Assembly: GCA_964509335.1 (NCBI GenBank)
Contig: CAZDXB010000003.1
Location: forward strand, 80,025-144,024
Direction of reading: 5' to 3'
DNA length: 64,000 bases
Source of the DNA: an uncultured Hyphomicrobiales bacterium
Lineage (GTDB): Bacteria > Bacteroidota > Ignavibacteria > Kapaibacteriales > UBA2268
The notes beneath the pieces were generated by a model that worked only from the letters and a program-made list of their open reading frames with translations, was not told where the DNA came from and did not search any database. The first letter of the stretch is position 1. Each line of letters begins with the position of its first letter. This document shows positions 18,897 to 28,499 of the stretch, piece after piece. A program made the translations under genes and the position numbers.

Positions 18897-21869
18897 ATGA
18901 AATATTGTAACTTATTTAAACTTATTGCTTTTATAGCTTTATTTTCTTATCCGCTTTATCAATCTTCCGCTCAAGACGTATGGACGCAGACCAAAGGTCC
19001 CGAGGGCGGCAAAATTATTTCGATAGACGCCGAAGACAATTATGTTTTTAGCGGAACGCTAAAAGGCGGGGTCTATATGAGCGACGATTACGGGGAAACT
19101 TGGTCGTTTATAAGCGAAGGATTGCCCTTTCTTATGATTGAGGATATAATTTATTTTGGAGGTAAATTGTTTGTTTTGAATCACTACCACGGGATATACA
19201 AAACCGATGATTTAGGACAAACGTGGACTACCGCAAACAACGGGTTGACAATGCCGACCGTTACATCTATTGTTTCGCGAGAGGAGAAGTTGTTTTGCGC
19301 CACTTACGGAGCCGGAGTTTTTGTGAGTTTAGATAGCGGCGAAACTTGGAGCGAATCTAATCACGGATTGAACGACATGTATATTAACGACTTACACGTC
19401 CAGTCATACGCGTTGTACGCCGCCGGAAACGGGGGCGCTTATTTAAGCGTTGACGAAGGCGAAGATTGGGTTGAAATATACGTAGGAGACAATAACGAAT
19501 ATATAGCGTCAAATCAAACTCACGTATTTATTGGAAAGGGAAACGCCGTGATACATTCTCCTAATAACGGTGAAGACTGGGAAAGTATAGGAGATTTTGG
19601 TTTAGGCGGCGATACGACTAGGCTGTTTTTTCTGGAGTCTGCCGGACCTTACGTTGTAGCCTGTAGAGGCAGCGGAATATATATCGCGTCATATCAAGGC
19701 GGCAGATGGATGACCAAAAATTCCTCTTTAATCGGCAAGTCTGTTTTTTCTTTTGCCGAGCAAGGCGATACTTATTTTGCCGGGTCGGACGAAGGAGTTT
19801 ACTTAAGCGGAAGCGCTGGTTATAATTGGGAAAAAAGTTCTAGTGGAATGTATAACGAAGATATAGCGGTCGTAGCCGCTAGAAACGACACAATTTACGC
19901 CGGAGCGAGAGGAACGGGCGTCTTTGTTAGTTACGACCGCGGCGAGAATTGGAAGTGGATTGGATTGCCCGATATTTATATTTACGATATAGAATTAGAC
20001 GGGGAGGACGTTTACGTCGCCACAAGCGACGGAGTATATTTTACGGCTAACGACGGTTTTAATTGGTATTTGAGAAATACGAATATTGAAGGTCAGAGCT
20101 TGAATTTTTTGGATAAAGTTAACGATACTTTATTTCTTGGAACCCAAAAAGATTTATTTTATTCTTTGAATAAAGGTTATAGATGGGATAAGTTCCATCC
20201 TAATTTTAACCAAAAAAATGTACGCGGATTTTACGCCGCCTCTAACGGAGATTACTACGTTGGAACCGATTACGGAGTGTTTGTTTCTCGCGACGGCGGT
20301 CAAAGCTGGACAAGAACTGATTACGGTTTTAAAGGAATAAACGTCAACTGCTTAACGGGAGGCGATTCTTGCATAATCGCGGCTACCGTTCCGGAGGAGC
20401 AATTCCCCGCCGATATTTATGTTTCAGTGGATCAAGGACATAGTTGGCAAGAGTCTGGTTTGAGATGGAGCGAACAAGTAGTTCTTTCTATTGCCGTTTC
20501 AGGCTCCAATATTTTTGCCGCGGTTCGTTCGGTAGGAGACGACGAGAGCGTCGGAATTATGTTCAGCTCTAACAAGGGCAAAACTTGGGAAACATTGAAC
20601 GAGGGCTTGAGAAGTCGCGTCGTTAACGATATTTCACTTTCTGACGGTAAGCTTTACGCGGGTTTCGAGGGCGCTAGCGTGTATTATCGAGATAAACCGG
20701 AACCTCTTTTTTCGCCTCGATTGATGTCGCCGGCGGACGAGTCTAAAGATATGATATTGACTCCTCTTCTTGAATGGGAAGAAGTGGAAAACGTTGACGG
20801 TTACGTTGTTCAGGTAGCCGAGCAAATAGAAAATTTCGAGAAGCATTTGGCCGCCGAATCTTCTACTACTATTACTGAGTTTCAAATTCCCGAAAACGCG
20901 TTGATTCATAACGAGAAGTACTATTGGAGAGTAGCTTCCCAAAAGCGCGAGCGATTGAGCGATTGGAGTATGATTTTCGCTTTTACGACTGAAAAAGACA
21001 TTAAAACATTTCCCGATTTGACTTCTCCCGAAGACGGAGACGAGGACGTAGCTATTAACGACGTTTTCGAGTGGGAAGAGTTGGAGGACGCGGACGAGTA
21101 TTGTTTGCAAATAGCTCCTTCGAGTTCGTTTACGGAGTTAACTGTCGATATTAGAGTTACTGGCGCTTCTTATCAAATTCCCATTGGAAAGCTCGACTTC
21201 GAAACCGAGTATTATTGGAGAGTTAGAGCGACAATACACGATTATGTAAGAGGTTGGTCGGACATGTATTCCTTCGTTACTCAAGAAGCGAATTTATCCG
21301 CTCCTATACTAACGGAGCCTACGGACGAAGCTGAAGAGTTAGACCTTCCGCTTACTTTGAAATGGGACGACGCTGGGTTATTTGAAAAATATGTATTTCA
21401 AGTATCGACAATGCAGGATTTTTCGGAAATCTCGTTTGAGGATACAACCGAGAATAACGAATACGAATTAACCGAGGACGAAATCGATTACGAAACGGAA
21501 TATTATTGGAGAGTAAAGACTTTAGTTTACGATTATGAAAGCGATTGGTCGGGCGCGCGCAAGTTCACGACTGAAGTTAAAATTTCCGTTGAGGACGAGT
21601 ATTTCGCGGGAATAGATATTAGAGTTTCCCCGATACCGGCGGAAAATCAAATTAAGCTTTCGATTGAATCGGACAAAGTCCGGAACTTAGATATTTCCGT
21701 AGCGGATAATCTCGGACTTGAATTTACGTCGCTGTCCCAAAAAGTTAGCTTGTCGGAAGGTTTGAACGCAATTGTTCTCGACGTTTCCGGCTTGCGTTCG
21801 GGAACTTATTATTTGATTTTGAAAGTTAATGAAAGATATTTAGCTAAGCGATTTTTGATTGTGAAGTAA
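18897..21869 (+). CDS. BNR/Asp-box repeat (sortilin/Ycf48/xyloglucanase-like) secreted protein with three tandem Ig/FN3-like repeats and T9SS C-terminal domain
   Basis: 990 aa. Signal peptide. At least nine Asp-box motifs SxDxGxTW (SDDYGETW, TDDLGQTW, SLDSGETW, SYDRGENW, SRDGGQSW, SVDQGHSW...). Three repeats of about 105 aa ending in EYYWRV[ARK]. C-terminal T9SS sorting domain (IDIRVSPIP...GTYYLILKVN...LIVK). Confidence 0.75.
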   Translation: MKYCNLFKLIAFIALFSYPLYQSSAQDVWTQTKGPEGGKIISIDAEDNYVFSGTLKGGVYMSDDYGETWSFISEGLPFLMIEDIIYFGGKLFVLNHYHGIYKTDDLGQTWTTANNGLTMPTVTSIVSREEKLFCATYGAGVFVSLDSGETWSESNHGLNDMYINDLHVQSYALYAAGNGGAYLSVDEGEDWVEIYVGDNNEYIASNQTHVFIGKGNAVIHSPNNGEDWESIGDFGLGGDTTRLFFLESAGPYVVACRGSGIYIASYQGGRWMTKNSSLIGKSVFSFAEQGDTYFAGSDEGVYLSGSAGYNWEKSSSGMYNEDIAVVAARNDTIYAGARGTGVFVSYDRGENWKWIGLPDIYIYDIELDGEDVYVATSDGVYFTANDGFNWYLRNTNIEGQSLNFLDKVNDTLFLGTQKDLFYSLNKGYRWDKFHPNFNQKNVRGFYAASNGDYYVGTDYGVFVSRDGGQSWTRTDYGFKGINVNCLTGGDSCIIAATVPEEQFPADIYVSVDQGHSWQESGLRWSEQVVLSIAVSGSNIFAAVRSVGDDESVGIMFSSNKGKTWETLNEGLRSRVVNDISLSDGKLYAGFEGASVYYRDKPEPLFSPRLMSPADESKDMILTPLLEWEEVENVDGYVVQVAEQIENFEKHLAAESSTTITEFQIPENALIHNEKYYWRVASQKRERLSDWSMIFAFTTEKDIKTFPDLTSPEDGDEDVAINDVFEWEELEDADEYCLQIAPSSSFTELTVDIRVTGASYQIPIGKLDFETEYYWRVRATIHDYVRGWSDMYSFVTQEANLSAPILTEPTDEAEELDLPLTLKWDDAGLFEKYVFQVSTMQDFSEISFEDTTENNEYELTEDEIDYETEYYWRVKTLVYDYESDWSGARKFTTEVKISVEDEYFAGIDIRVSPIPAENQIKLSIESDKVRNLDISVADNLGLEFTSLSQKVSLSEGLNAIVLDVSGLRSGTYYLILKVNERYLAKRFLIVK

Positions 21870-21893
21870 ATTACGCGGCGCTAAAATTAAAGA

Positions 21894-21931
21894 AAGGCGA
21901 AGAGTTTGGAGTTGGCTCTTCGCCTTTTTTT
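21894..21931 (+). terminator. Rho-independent terminator after the BNR protein gene
   Basis: GGCGAAGAG-tttggagttgg-CTCTTCGCC followed by a T9 run. Confidence 0.65.
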
Positions 21932-21952
21932 TTACAACTTATGTAAGTCGTT

Positions 21953-22007
21953 CTCATTCCCAAATTACAATTTCTTCCTCATTCCCAAATTCCAATTTGG
22001 GAATGAG
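21953..22007. repeat. Direct repeat CTCATTCCCAAATT (x2) with perfect 14-bp inverted-repeat hairpin (21978..22007), just downstream of the RND permease stop on the minus strand
   Basis: CTCATTCCCAAATT at 21953 and 21978. The second copy pairs with AATTTGGGAATGAG across a 2-nt loop (CC). No U-tract follows. Confidence 0.45.
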
Positions 22008-22020
22008 TTAAGCGGCGTGT

Positions 22021-25000
22021 CTAGTCAAGCTCTATATCTTCTTTTTCAACGCTCTTACTTAATGAGAATACGTAATAGAACGCCGGTATAACGAAAATAG
22101 TAAGCGACGTGGATATAATGAGACCGCCGATACTAACTATACCGAGCGCTTGTCTCATTTCGGCTCCGGCGGCGCCGATTCCGAGCGCCATCGGAAGCAT
22201 GCCCAGAATGATAGCTACCGTTGACATTATTATCGGTTTCAATTTTGTGGGTCCGGCTATTAGCAAAGCTTCCTTCGGCATTTTGCCTTCTTCGCGCCTT
22301 AAGATATTGGCGTAATCGAGTATAAGGATAGCGTTGTTTACTACGATACCTATAAGCATTACTATCGCCATAAGAGAGACCATATTCATAGCTATACCCG
22401 CTATATATAACGACAGGAATACGCCAATCAAAGCTAGAGGCAGCGTAACGAGGATATATAAGGGTTGCGCGAAGCTCTCAAGTATCGCCGCGAGCAACAT
22501 ATAAGTAAGTATAGTCGCTAAAATTAACGCGAAAATCATATCTTGAATCATTGCATACATCATTTCCGTATTGCCGCTCCATTTAAAGCTATACCCGCTT
22601 GGCAAATCGATTTTATCGATTCGTTTTTGGATTTCTTCGGTAACGTTGCCGAGCGGAACGTCGGGAGCGTTCGAGCCGGTGAATTGTATCGCTACGTATT
22701 GGTCCCTGTGCAGGATTTTAGTGTAGCCGGAGGTGAATTCTATGTCGGCTAGCTCGGATAATCTATAAGCTCCCGTTTGACCCACGACGGTAATAGCTCC
22801 AATTTTATCGGGCGTGTTTACAGTCGCTTCGTTCAAAGTTACGGCTATATCGTATTCCCTGCCGTATTCTTTATATTGAGACGAGACTATCCCTTCTATT
22901 GAAGCTCTAAGAGTCGTAGCCAGTTCCATAGTTGTTATTCCGACGTCCGCGAGCTTTTTTCTGTCGGGGTATATAGTAATTTCGGGTTTGCCCGTTCTTG
23001 AACTGTTGTCTAGGTTAATAAGACCCGGCACGTCCTCGATTTTTTTCATTACGGTGTCTTTAAGGGTTTCCAGCTTATTCAGGTCTTGACCTAATAAGAA
23101 CATCTGAATAGGGGAGCCGCCCATACCAATGTTTTCTTGAGACCTGACTTTGATTTTTGCGTTCGGCACGTCGGCTAGCTCTTTAATTATTCTATTGACT
23201 TCGTCTTCCGTGCTGTAATCTCTGTATTGTTTGCCGATTATTTTAACGTCCATAATCGCCAAATTAGCCCCGATATCGACGTCGCTTTTCTTTCCTAAAT
23301 CCGTTATGATTTGTTCGACCTCTTCGCGTTTGGAAAGGCGAGTTTCTATTTTCTGCATAACGTTTGCAGTTTCCTTGAGATTATAGCCCGTCGGCAGTTC
23401 CGTAATTATCTGTATCCTTCCTTCGTCGAACGGCGGCATAAATTCGAAGCCTAGCTTGGGCAAGAAGTATATACCCGAAGCTAAAACGAGCAATAAGGAC
23501 AAAACGATAATCGCTAAACTAACGAACTTATTTTGAAGAGCTTTGCCGAGAGCTTTTTGATATAATGTTTCCGATTTCTTTTCTATTCTTTCAAGAAAGC
23601 CGGCTAAAGCTCCTTTTTCCTTTTTCTTTTCGGGAAGTATAAGCGAGGCGAGCATCGGCGTAAGCGTAAACGACATAAGCAATGAGAATATGGTCGCGAA
23701 AGACGCGGCTAAAGCTAATTCCGCTAAGAATCTTCCGACCATTGAACTCATTGCCGCCACCGGTAGAAATACGGCAATATTAGTCATAGTCGCCGCTATT
23801 ACCGCCACTGTGATTTCTCGCGTTCCTTGATAAGACGCTTTCTTGTTCGATTTATCCATTTCTTTATGCCGGAAAATGTTCTCGATAACGACAACCGAGT
23901 TCGCCACGAGAACGCCGACCGACACCGACAGCCCCATCAAAGACATCATATTAAGCGACATATCGAACAGCTGGAACAGCAGGAAGGTCGAGATTATCGA
24001 AGTCGGCATTGATAAGGCGACTATAATCGTCGAGCGAACGTCGTGCAAGAAAATAAGCAGTATAAGCGAAGTGAATAAGACTCCGAGCAGGATATTGCTC
24101 ATTGTGTCGTTTACAGCGCTTTTAATGAAGTCCGAGCGGTCGTTTACTATATCGACATTAGCTCCTTCCGGCAATACTTCGCGAATTCCCGGTAGTTCTT
24201 TTCTCACTCTTTCGGCGACGTTAACTATATTGCCGTCGGGGCTTTTGACGACCCCGATACGAACGACGTTTTTGTCCCTTGTCTTCGTTTCGTTGTCGAA
24301 GAAAATCGCTTTTTGCCTGATTTTCTTTCCCGTATCGACGACCGTTGCTATCTGCTCTAATCTTTTTAAGCCGAAGGCGGTTGGAACTCTTAAATTTCTG
24401 ATTTCATCTATGTCTTGATATTTGCCTTCGAGTCTAACGGTATATTCTTGGTCTTCTATTTGTAGGTAGCCGCCGGGGATATCCATATTGTTGACGTTCA
24501 TAATTTGCAAGAACTGCGGAAGCGAAATCATATTTTCGTAAGCTACTTTGTTGTTGAATCTAACCTTGATTTCGCGTTCTTGACCGCCGGTAATATCGAC
24601 TTTCGCGACGCCTTTTATTTGAGAGAATCTATCTTTCAGCGTTTTGTCGGCTACGTCGTATAACTCCTGCGAGCTTAAATCGCCGCTAAGAATTACGTCC
24701 ATAATCGGGAACGCTTTAAAATCGACTTTTTGGACGAGCGGTTCTTCGGCGTCTTCTGGCAACTCGTTCAGTATTTGGTCGATTTTGTCTTTAACTTCCT
24801 GATTGGCTACGTCCACGTCTTTGGTCAAATCGAATTCCATTATGATGATAGAAACCCCGTCCAAAGAGTAGGACTCTATCCTTTTTATTTCGCTTACGGT
24901 GGCTACGGCGTCTTCTATTTCTTGCGATACTTGCGTTTCAATTTCCTTTGGACCCGCTCCCGGATAAATAGTTTGTATTGATACGAAGGGTATTTCCACG

Positions 25001-25116
25001 TCCGGCATTTGGTTTAAGTTCAATCCGAAATACGCCAATCCGCCGAATATTAGAAACACCAAAATTAGCATTGTTGTTAAAACGGGTCTTTTTATTGATA
25101 ATTTAGCGAGAAACAT
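22021..25116 (-). CDS. RND family efflux transporter permease (AcrB/HAE1-like)
   Basis: 1031 aa. 12-TM RND architecture with two large periplasmic loops. Typical AcrB N-terminus MFLAKLSIKRPVLTTMLILVFLIFG. Confidence 0.9.
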   Translation of the reverse strand: MFLAKLSIKRPVLTTMLILVFLIFGGLAYFGLNLNQMPDVEIPFVSIQTIYPGAGPKEIETQVSQEIEDAVATVSEIKRIESYSLDGVSIIIMEFDLTKDVDVANQEVKDKIDQILNELPEDAEEPLVQKVDFKAFPIMDVILSGDLSSQELYDVADKTLKDRFSQIKGVAKVDITGGQEREIKVRFNNKVAYENMISLPQFLQIMNVNNMDIPGGYLQIEDQEYTVRLEGKYQDIDEIRNLRVPTAFGLKRLEQIATVVDTGKKIRQKAIFFDNETKTRDKNVVRIGVVKSPDGNIVNVAERVRKELPGIREVLPEGANVDIVNDRSDFIKSAVNDTMSNILLGVLFTSLILLIFLHDVRSTIIVALSMPTSIISTFLLFQLFDMSLNMMSLMGLSVSVGVLVANSVVVIENIFRHKEMDKSNKKASYQGTREITVAVIAATMTNIAVFLPVAAMSSMVGRFLAELALAASFATIFSLLMSFTLTPMLASLILPEKKKEKGALAGFLERIEKKSETLYQKALGKALQNKFVSLAIIVLSLLLVLASGIYFLPKLGFEFMPPFDEGRIQIITELPTGYNLKETANVMQKIETRLSKREEVEQIITDLGKKSDVDIGANLAIMDVKIIGKQYRDYSTEDEVNRIIKELADVPNAKIKVRSQENIGMGGSPIQMFLLGQDLNKLETLKDTVMKKIEDVPGLINLDNSSRTGKPEITIYPDRKKLADVGITTMELATTLRASIEGIVSSQYKEYGREYDIAVTLNEATVNTPDKIGAITVVGQTGAYRLSELADIEFTSGYTKILHRDQYVAIQFTGSNAPDVPLGNVTEEIQKRIDKIDLPSGYSFKWSGNTEMMYAMIQDMIFALILATILTYMLLAAILESFAQPLYILVTLPLALIGVFLSLYIAGIAMNMVSLMAIVMLIGIVVNNAILILDYANILRREEGKMPKEALLIAGPTKLKPIIMSTVAIILGMLPMALGIGAAGAEMRQALGIVSIGGLIISTSLTIFVIPAFYYVFSLSKSVEKEDIELD

Positions 25117-25155
25117 ATATCGTCCCTTTGGTTTTGTTTTCCAATACTTTTGTTA

Positions 25156-26190
25156 TCATCTTACTACTTGAACTTTAACTCCGTCGGAAAGCTGATTCTG
25201 GCAGCAATTAATTAAATTTTCGCCTTCTTTCAATCCTTTGGTTATTTCTACGCTGACTCCGTTTTGCATTCCGATTTCAACTTCTCTTTTCTCGGCGACT
25301 CCGTCTTTTTCGACGAAAATCCAATTTTTGTCGCCGCGAGTAACTATTAGATTCTTTGGAACTATTATAGCGTCTGGGTTTTCATATATTTTAACGGCTA
25401 TTTCAACGGTAACTCCGCTTATTAATTCTTTGTCGGAGTTTTGGAATATAGCTTCTACGGCGAAAGCTTTTCGTTTTGGGTTCATCGCCATAGCGACTTT
25501 GCTAATTCTGCCTTTTCTGCCGCTTCCGCTGTATTCTATAGTAGCGGACATCCCTTTCTTGATTTTGGCGATTTCCTCTTCGGACGACCAGAATTTAGCT
25601 TTCATTTTGTTTATTTGCGCGACGGTAAACAGCGGTTTGCCCGTTCCGATTTCGTCGCCTTCGTTGACGGGAATGTCGGTTATATAACCGCTGATAGGAG
25701 ATTCGACGTATAATATTTGTTTTAACGATTCAAAATTTCTTTTCTGAACCAGATATTGCGTTTTCGCGTTGTCGAAATTTTGTCGCGAAGTTTCTCCCGC
25801 TTCAAGTAGGGCTTTCATTCTTTCGTAAGTCTTTTTGGCGTTTTCGTAGCCGACTTTCGCTTGTTCGTATTGAAGCGACGGGTTGTCGGTCGGATATTCT
25901 ACTATAATTTGACCTTCTTTAACGTAGCTACCTACGTTAGCGTTTATCTTCTTTATTTTGTCGGCTGTCATAGAGCGTTTCACCGCTTCTTTGGCGCCTT
26001 TCAAAGTCGAAAAGAAATGGAGTTCTTTTACGAACTCTGATTTTTCAATTTTCTTGATTTCTACTGGAATTCCTTTTTCCGCTCTTATCTTCTCGATGCT
26101 TTTCGTTTCCTTTTTCTCTTTTTCGCAAGCGAATAGCGATAAAGCGATAATCGCTATAAGTATAAGCAAGCTCGGTTTTTTAAGATCCAT
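25156..26190 (-). CDS. RND efflux periplasmic adaptor (membrane fusion protein, HlyD/AcrA family), lipoprotein
   Basis: 344 aa. Signal peptide with lipobox LFAC. Coiled-coil hairpin and lipoyl/beta-barrel MFP motifs. Confidence 0.85.
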   Translation of the reverse strand: MDLKKPSLLILIAIIALSLFACEKEKKETKSIEKIRAEKGIPVEIKKIEKSEFVKELHFFSTLKGAKEAVKRSMTADKIKKINANVGSYVKEGQIIVEYPTDNPSLQYEQAKVGYENAKKTYERMKALLEAGETSRQNFDNAKTQYLVQKRNFESLKQILYVESPISGYITDIPVNEGDEIGTGKPLFTVAQINKMKAKFWSSEEEIAKIKKGMSATIEYSGSGRKGRISKVAMAMNPKRKAFAVEAIFQNSDKELISGVTVEIAVKIYENPDAIIVPKNLIVTRGDKNWIFVEKDGVAEKREVEIGMQNGVSVEITKGLKEGENLINCCQNQLSDGVKVQVVR

Positions 26191-26225
26191 TGTTTAAGTC
26201 TCCCTGATTTTATTATTTTATATAA

Positions 26226-27695
26226 TTAGTTTCTGATTTTTTTGAATAGCGGTCCAAAGTACTTTCCGTCGATTGAGCCGGTTATTTTCTCAAGCTCCGC
26301 GACTGCTACGATGTAATCGAATACGGTTTGCAGGCGGTTCGTTCTGGCTTGTCTTAAGGCTAATTCGGCGTTTTGAACTTCCAGTTGAGTCGAAGTCCCT
26401 TCTTTGTATCGCGTTTTAGCTATTTTGTAAGCTCTTTCGGCTAAGCCGACGTTTTTATCTTGAGCCTCGACCAATCTTTGCGCTCTTTCAATTTCCATCG
26501 TTTTGGCTTTAACTTCGGATTTTATATATCTTTTTAATTGATAGTATTGCTCTTCGGTTTGCTTGACTTTTATCGTAGATTGTTCGACTTTCGCGTTTGT
26601 TCTTAGTCCTTTGAAAAGATTTATGGAGAAAGTTAATCCGAAAGCGCCGGAGCGGTAATTCATAAAGTCCAAATCGTTCGCTTGTCCTCCGAAAGAGTAA
26701 TTAGCGAACGCCGCGACCGTGGGCCAGTACTCTGCTCTATCAAGTTCTATAAACGCTTCGTCCACGTCCTTTTTTACTTCTAATGTATTTATCTGGTAGT
26801 TTTTCTCAATAGCTTGTTTTATCAATACTTCTTCTTCCGGAAAATTCTTTTGATTATACTCGATTTTGCCGTCGAGAACGACTTTTTCTTTCTGGTCGAT
26901 GTCCAATAGAACTTTGAATTTATCTTTTGCGTCGTCTAATCCGTTTTTTGCCGCTAAAACTTCCGGTCTTAGGTTTTCGACGTTTACTTCGGCTTGCAAT
27001 AAGTCGTACTCGGAGATTAAGCCCTGCTCGTAAAGCGCTCGGACGTTCTTTAGATTTTCTTCGGCGTTTTTTAGGCTCGATTTTAGAATTTCGTACATTT
27101 CTTCGGCGAGCAAAGCTCCGTAAAACGCCTTTTGAGTGTTAAGTATCGTTTTGGCGGCGGCGTCTTTAAGGGATTTCTTGGATAAATCCAGATACTCTTC
27201 CGAAGCCCCGATTCCCCTGAATACCGAGGAGTTAAATAATATCTGACTCGCTTGGAATTTTGCTTCGTAAGAGTTGTTTAAGTAGAAGGATTGTTTTGTA
27301 TATCCCATATCCATAAATTTTGTTGGGTCGTATTGAAGCAATCCTTCCTCGAAAAGAACTCCGTAGGTGGCGTTCGTCAGCATCGCTCTGAAATCAGGGA
27401 AAAACATTACTGGTTTTTCAAAGTAATGCATATAATTTGCGGAAAAGTCCAGAGTCGGCATCGCGTAGCCGAAGGCTTCGTCAACGGAGTGCTGCGCTTT
27501 CTTGACTTCCATTAGCGCGACTTTTGTGTCGGCGTTGTTTTCCAAAGCGATGGATATCGCGTCTTCCAAAGTTAATTGTCGCGGTTCCGCTAAGCTGAAG
27601 TTAATCGCGACGAATATCGATAGAGCTATAAGCGTCGCTTTCCTCAATCTTTTTTTCATTTTTCCCATACAATTCTCGTTGTTTATTTTACTCAT
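26226..27695 (-). CDS. TolC-like outer membrane efflux protein
   Basis: 489 aa. Signal peptide. Duplicated OEP repeats with long coiled-coil segments. Confidence 0.8.
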   Translation of the reverse strand: MSKINNENCMGKMKKRLRKATLIALSIFVAINFSLAEPRQLTLEDAISIALENNADTKVALMEVKKAQHSVDEAFGYAMPTLDFSANYMHYFEKPVMFFPDFRAMLTNATYGVLFEEGLLQYDPTKFMDMGYTKQSFYLNNSYEAKFQASQILFNSSVFRGIGASEEYLDLSKKSLKDAAAKTILNTQKAFYGALLAEEMYEILKSSLKNAEENLKNVRALYEQGLISEYDLLQAEVNVENLRPEVLAAKNGLDDAKDKFKVLLDIDQKEKVVLDGKIEYNQKNFPEEEVLIKQAIEKNYQINTLEVKKDVDEAFIELDRAEYWPTVAAFANYSFGGQANDLDFMNYRSGAFGLTFSINLFKGLRTNAKVEQSTIKVKQTEEQYYQLKRYIKSEVKAKTMEIERAQRLVEAQDKNVGLAERAYKIAKTRYKEGTSTQLEVQNAELALRQARTNRLQTVFDYIVAVAELEKITGSIDGKYFGPLFKKIRN

Positions 27696-28318
27696 ACTAT
27701 ATTCTTTTTTAAGTATTCGCTTCTGCCTTTTTCCGTAAGAGAGCCGGTAAGCAGAACGTCTATTATGTTTTCAAATACTCTTTTTGTCGTCAATGGCGTT
27801 TCGGAGACAATTTCCGGCGATAAGATGTTGTTAATTGAGAAGTGATATAATAGATAAAAGATTTCTTTGTCAATATCCGGTTTTACGTATCCCTTTTTAA
27901 CGCCTATATTATGAATTTTCGTGAAATTGGATTTCAATTGCTTGATTCTCAAATCTTCGATTTTCTTCCATTGTTCGGGAGCGTATTTCTTTAAATCCTC
28001 AAAAAATTCTTTAGTAAATGTTTGTGAATGCGATGAGATAATGTCCCAAATTTCTTTTAAAGTTTCGATAAAATCCGAATCGGGTTTGTCTAGTTGCTTT
28101 ACGACTGCGCTCATTTTTTGCTTCATTTCGCCCGCGGCGGAATTGATTACTTCGCTTAGCAACTCTTTTTTGGAGGAGAAGAAGGAATAGAGCGTTCTTT
28201 TGCTCATACCCAAATCCGACGCTAAGGCGTCCGTTTTAACTCCGCTGAAGCCGTATTTGGCGAAATCTTGCTTAGCCTTTTCAATTATTCTTTGTCTTAC
28301 TTTCTCTTTTTCATTCAT
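27692..28318 (-). CDS. TetR/AcrR family transcriptional regulator (likely repressor of the efflux operon)
   Basis: 208 aa. N-terminal TetR HTH (FAKYGFSGVKTDALASDLGMSKRTLYSFF). 4-nt overlap with the tolC-like start codon. Confidence 0.85.
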   Translation of the reverse strand: MNEKEKVRQRIIEKAKQDFAKYGFSGVKTDALASDLGMSKRTLYSFFSSKKELLSEVINSAAGEMKQKMSAVVKQLDKPDSDFIETLKEIWDIISSHSQTFTKEFFEDLKKYAPEQWKKIEDLRIKQLKSNFTKIHNIGVKKGYVKPDIDKEIFYLLYHFSINNILSPEIVSETPLTTKRVFENIIDVLLTGSLTEKGRSEYLKKNIV

Positions 28319-28499
28319 TTGAAAACCTTTAAAACTAAAATGATTTTTTCAGTTTCCTTACAAAAATAAAATAAACGAAAAAACTTAAAAAACATTTTCC
28401 GTTTCCACAAAACAATTTCATTTTTATTTCTATTTCCACGCGTATAAACGAGAAAAACCTTAAATTTGTTTCAAGTTTTTTTAAAAAATCGATAAAATT

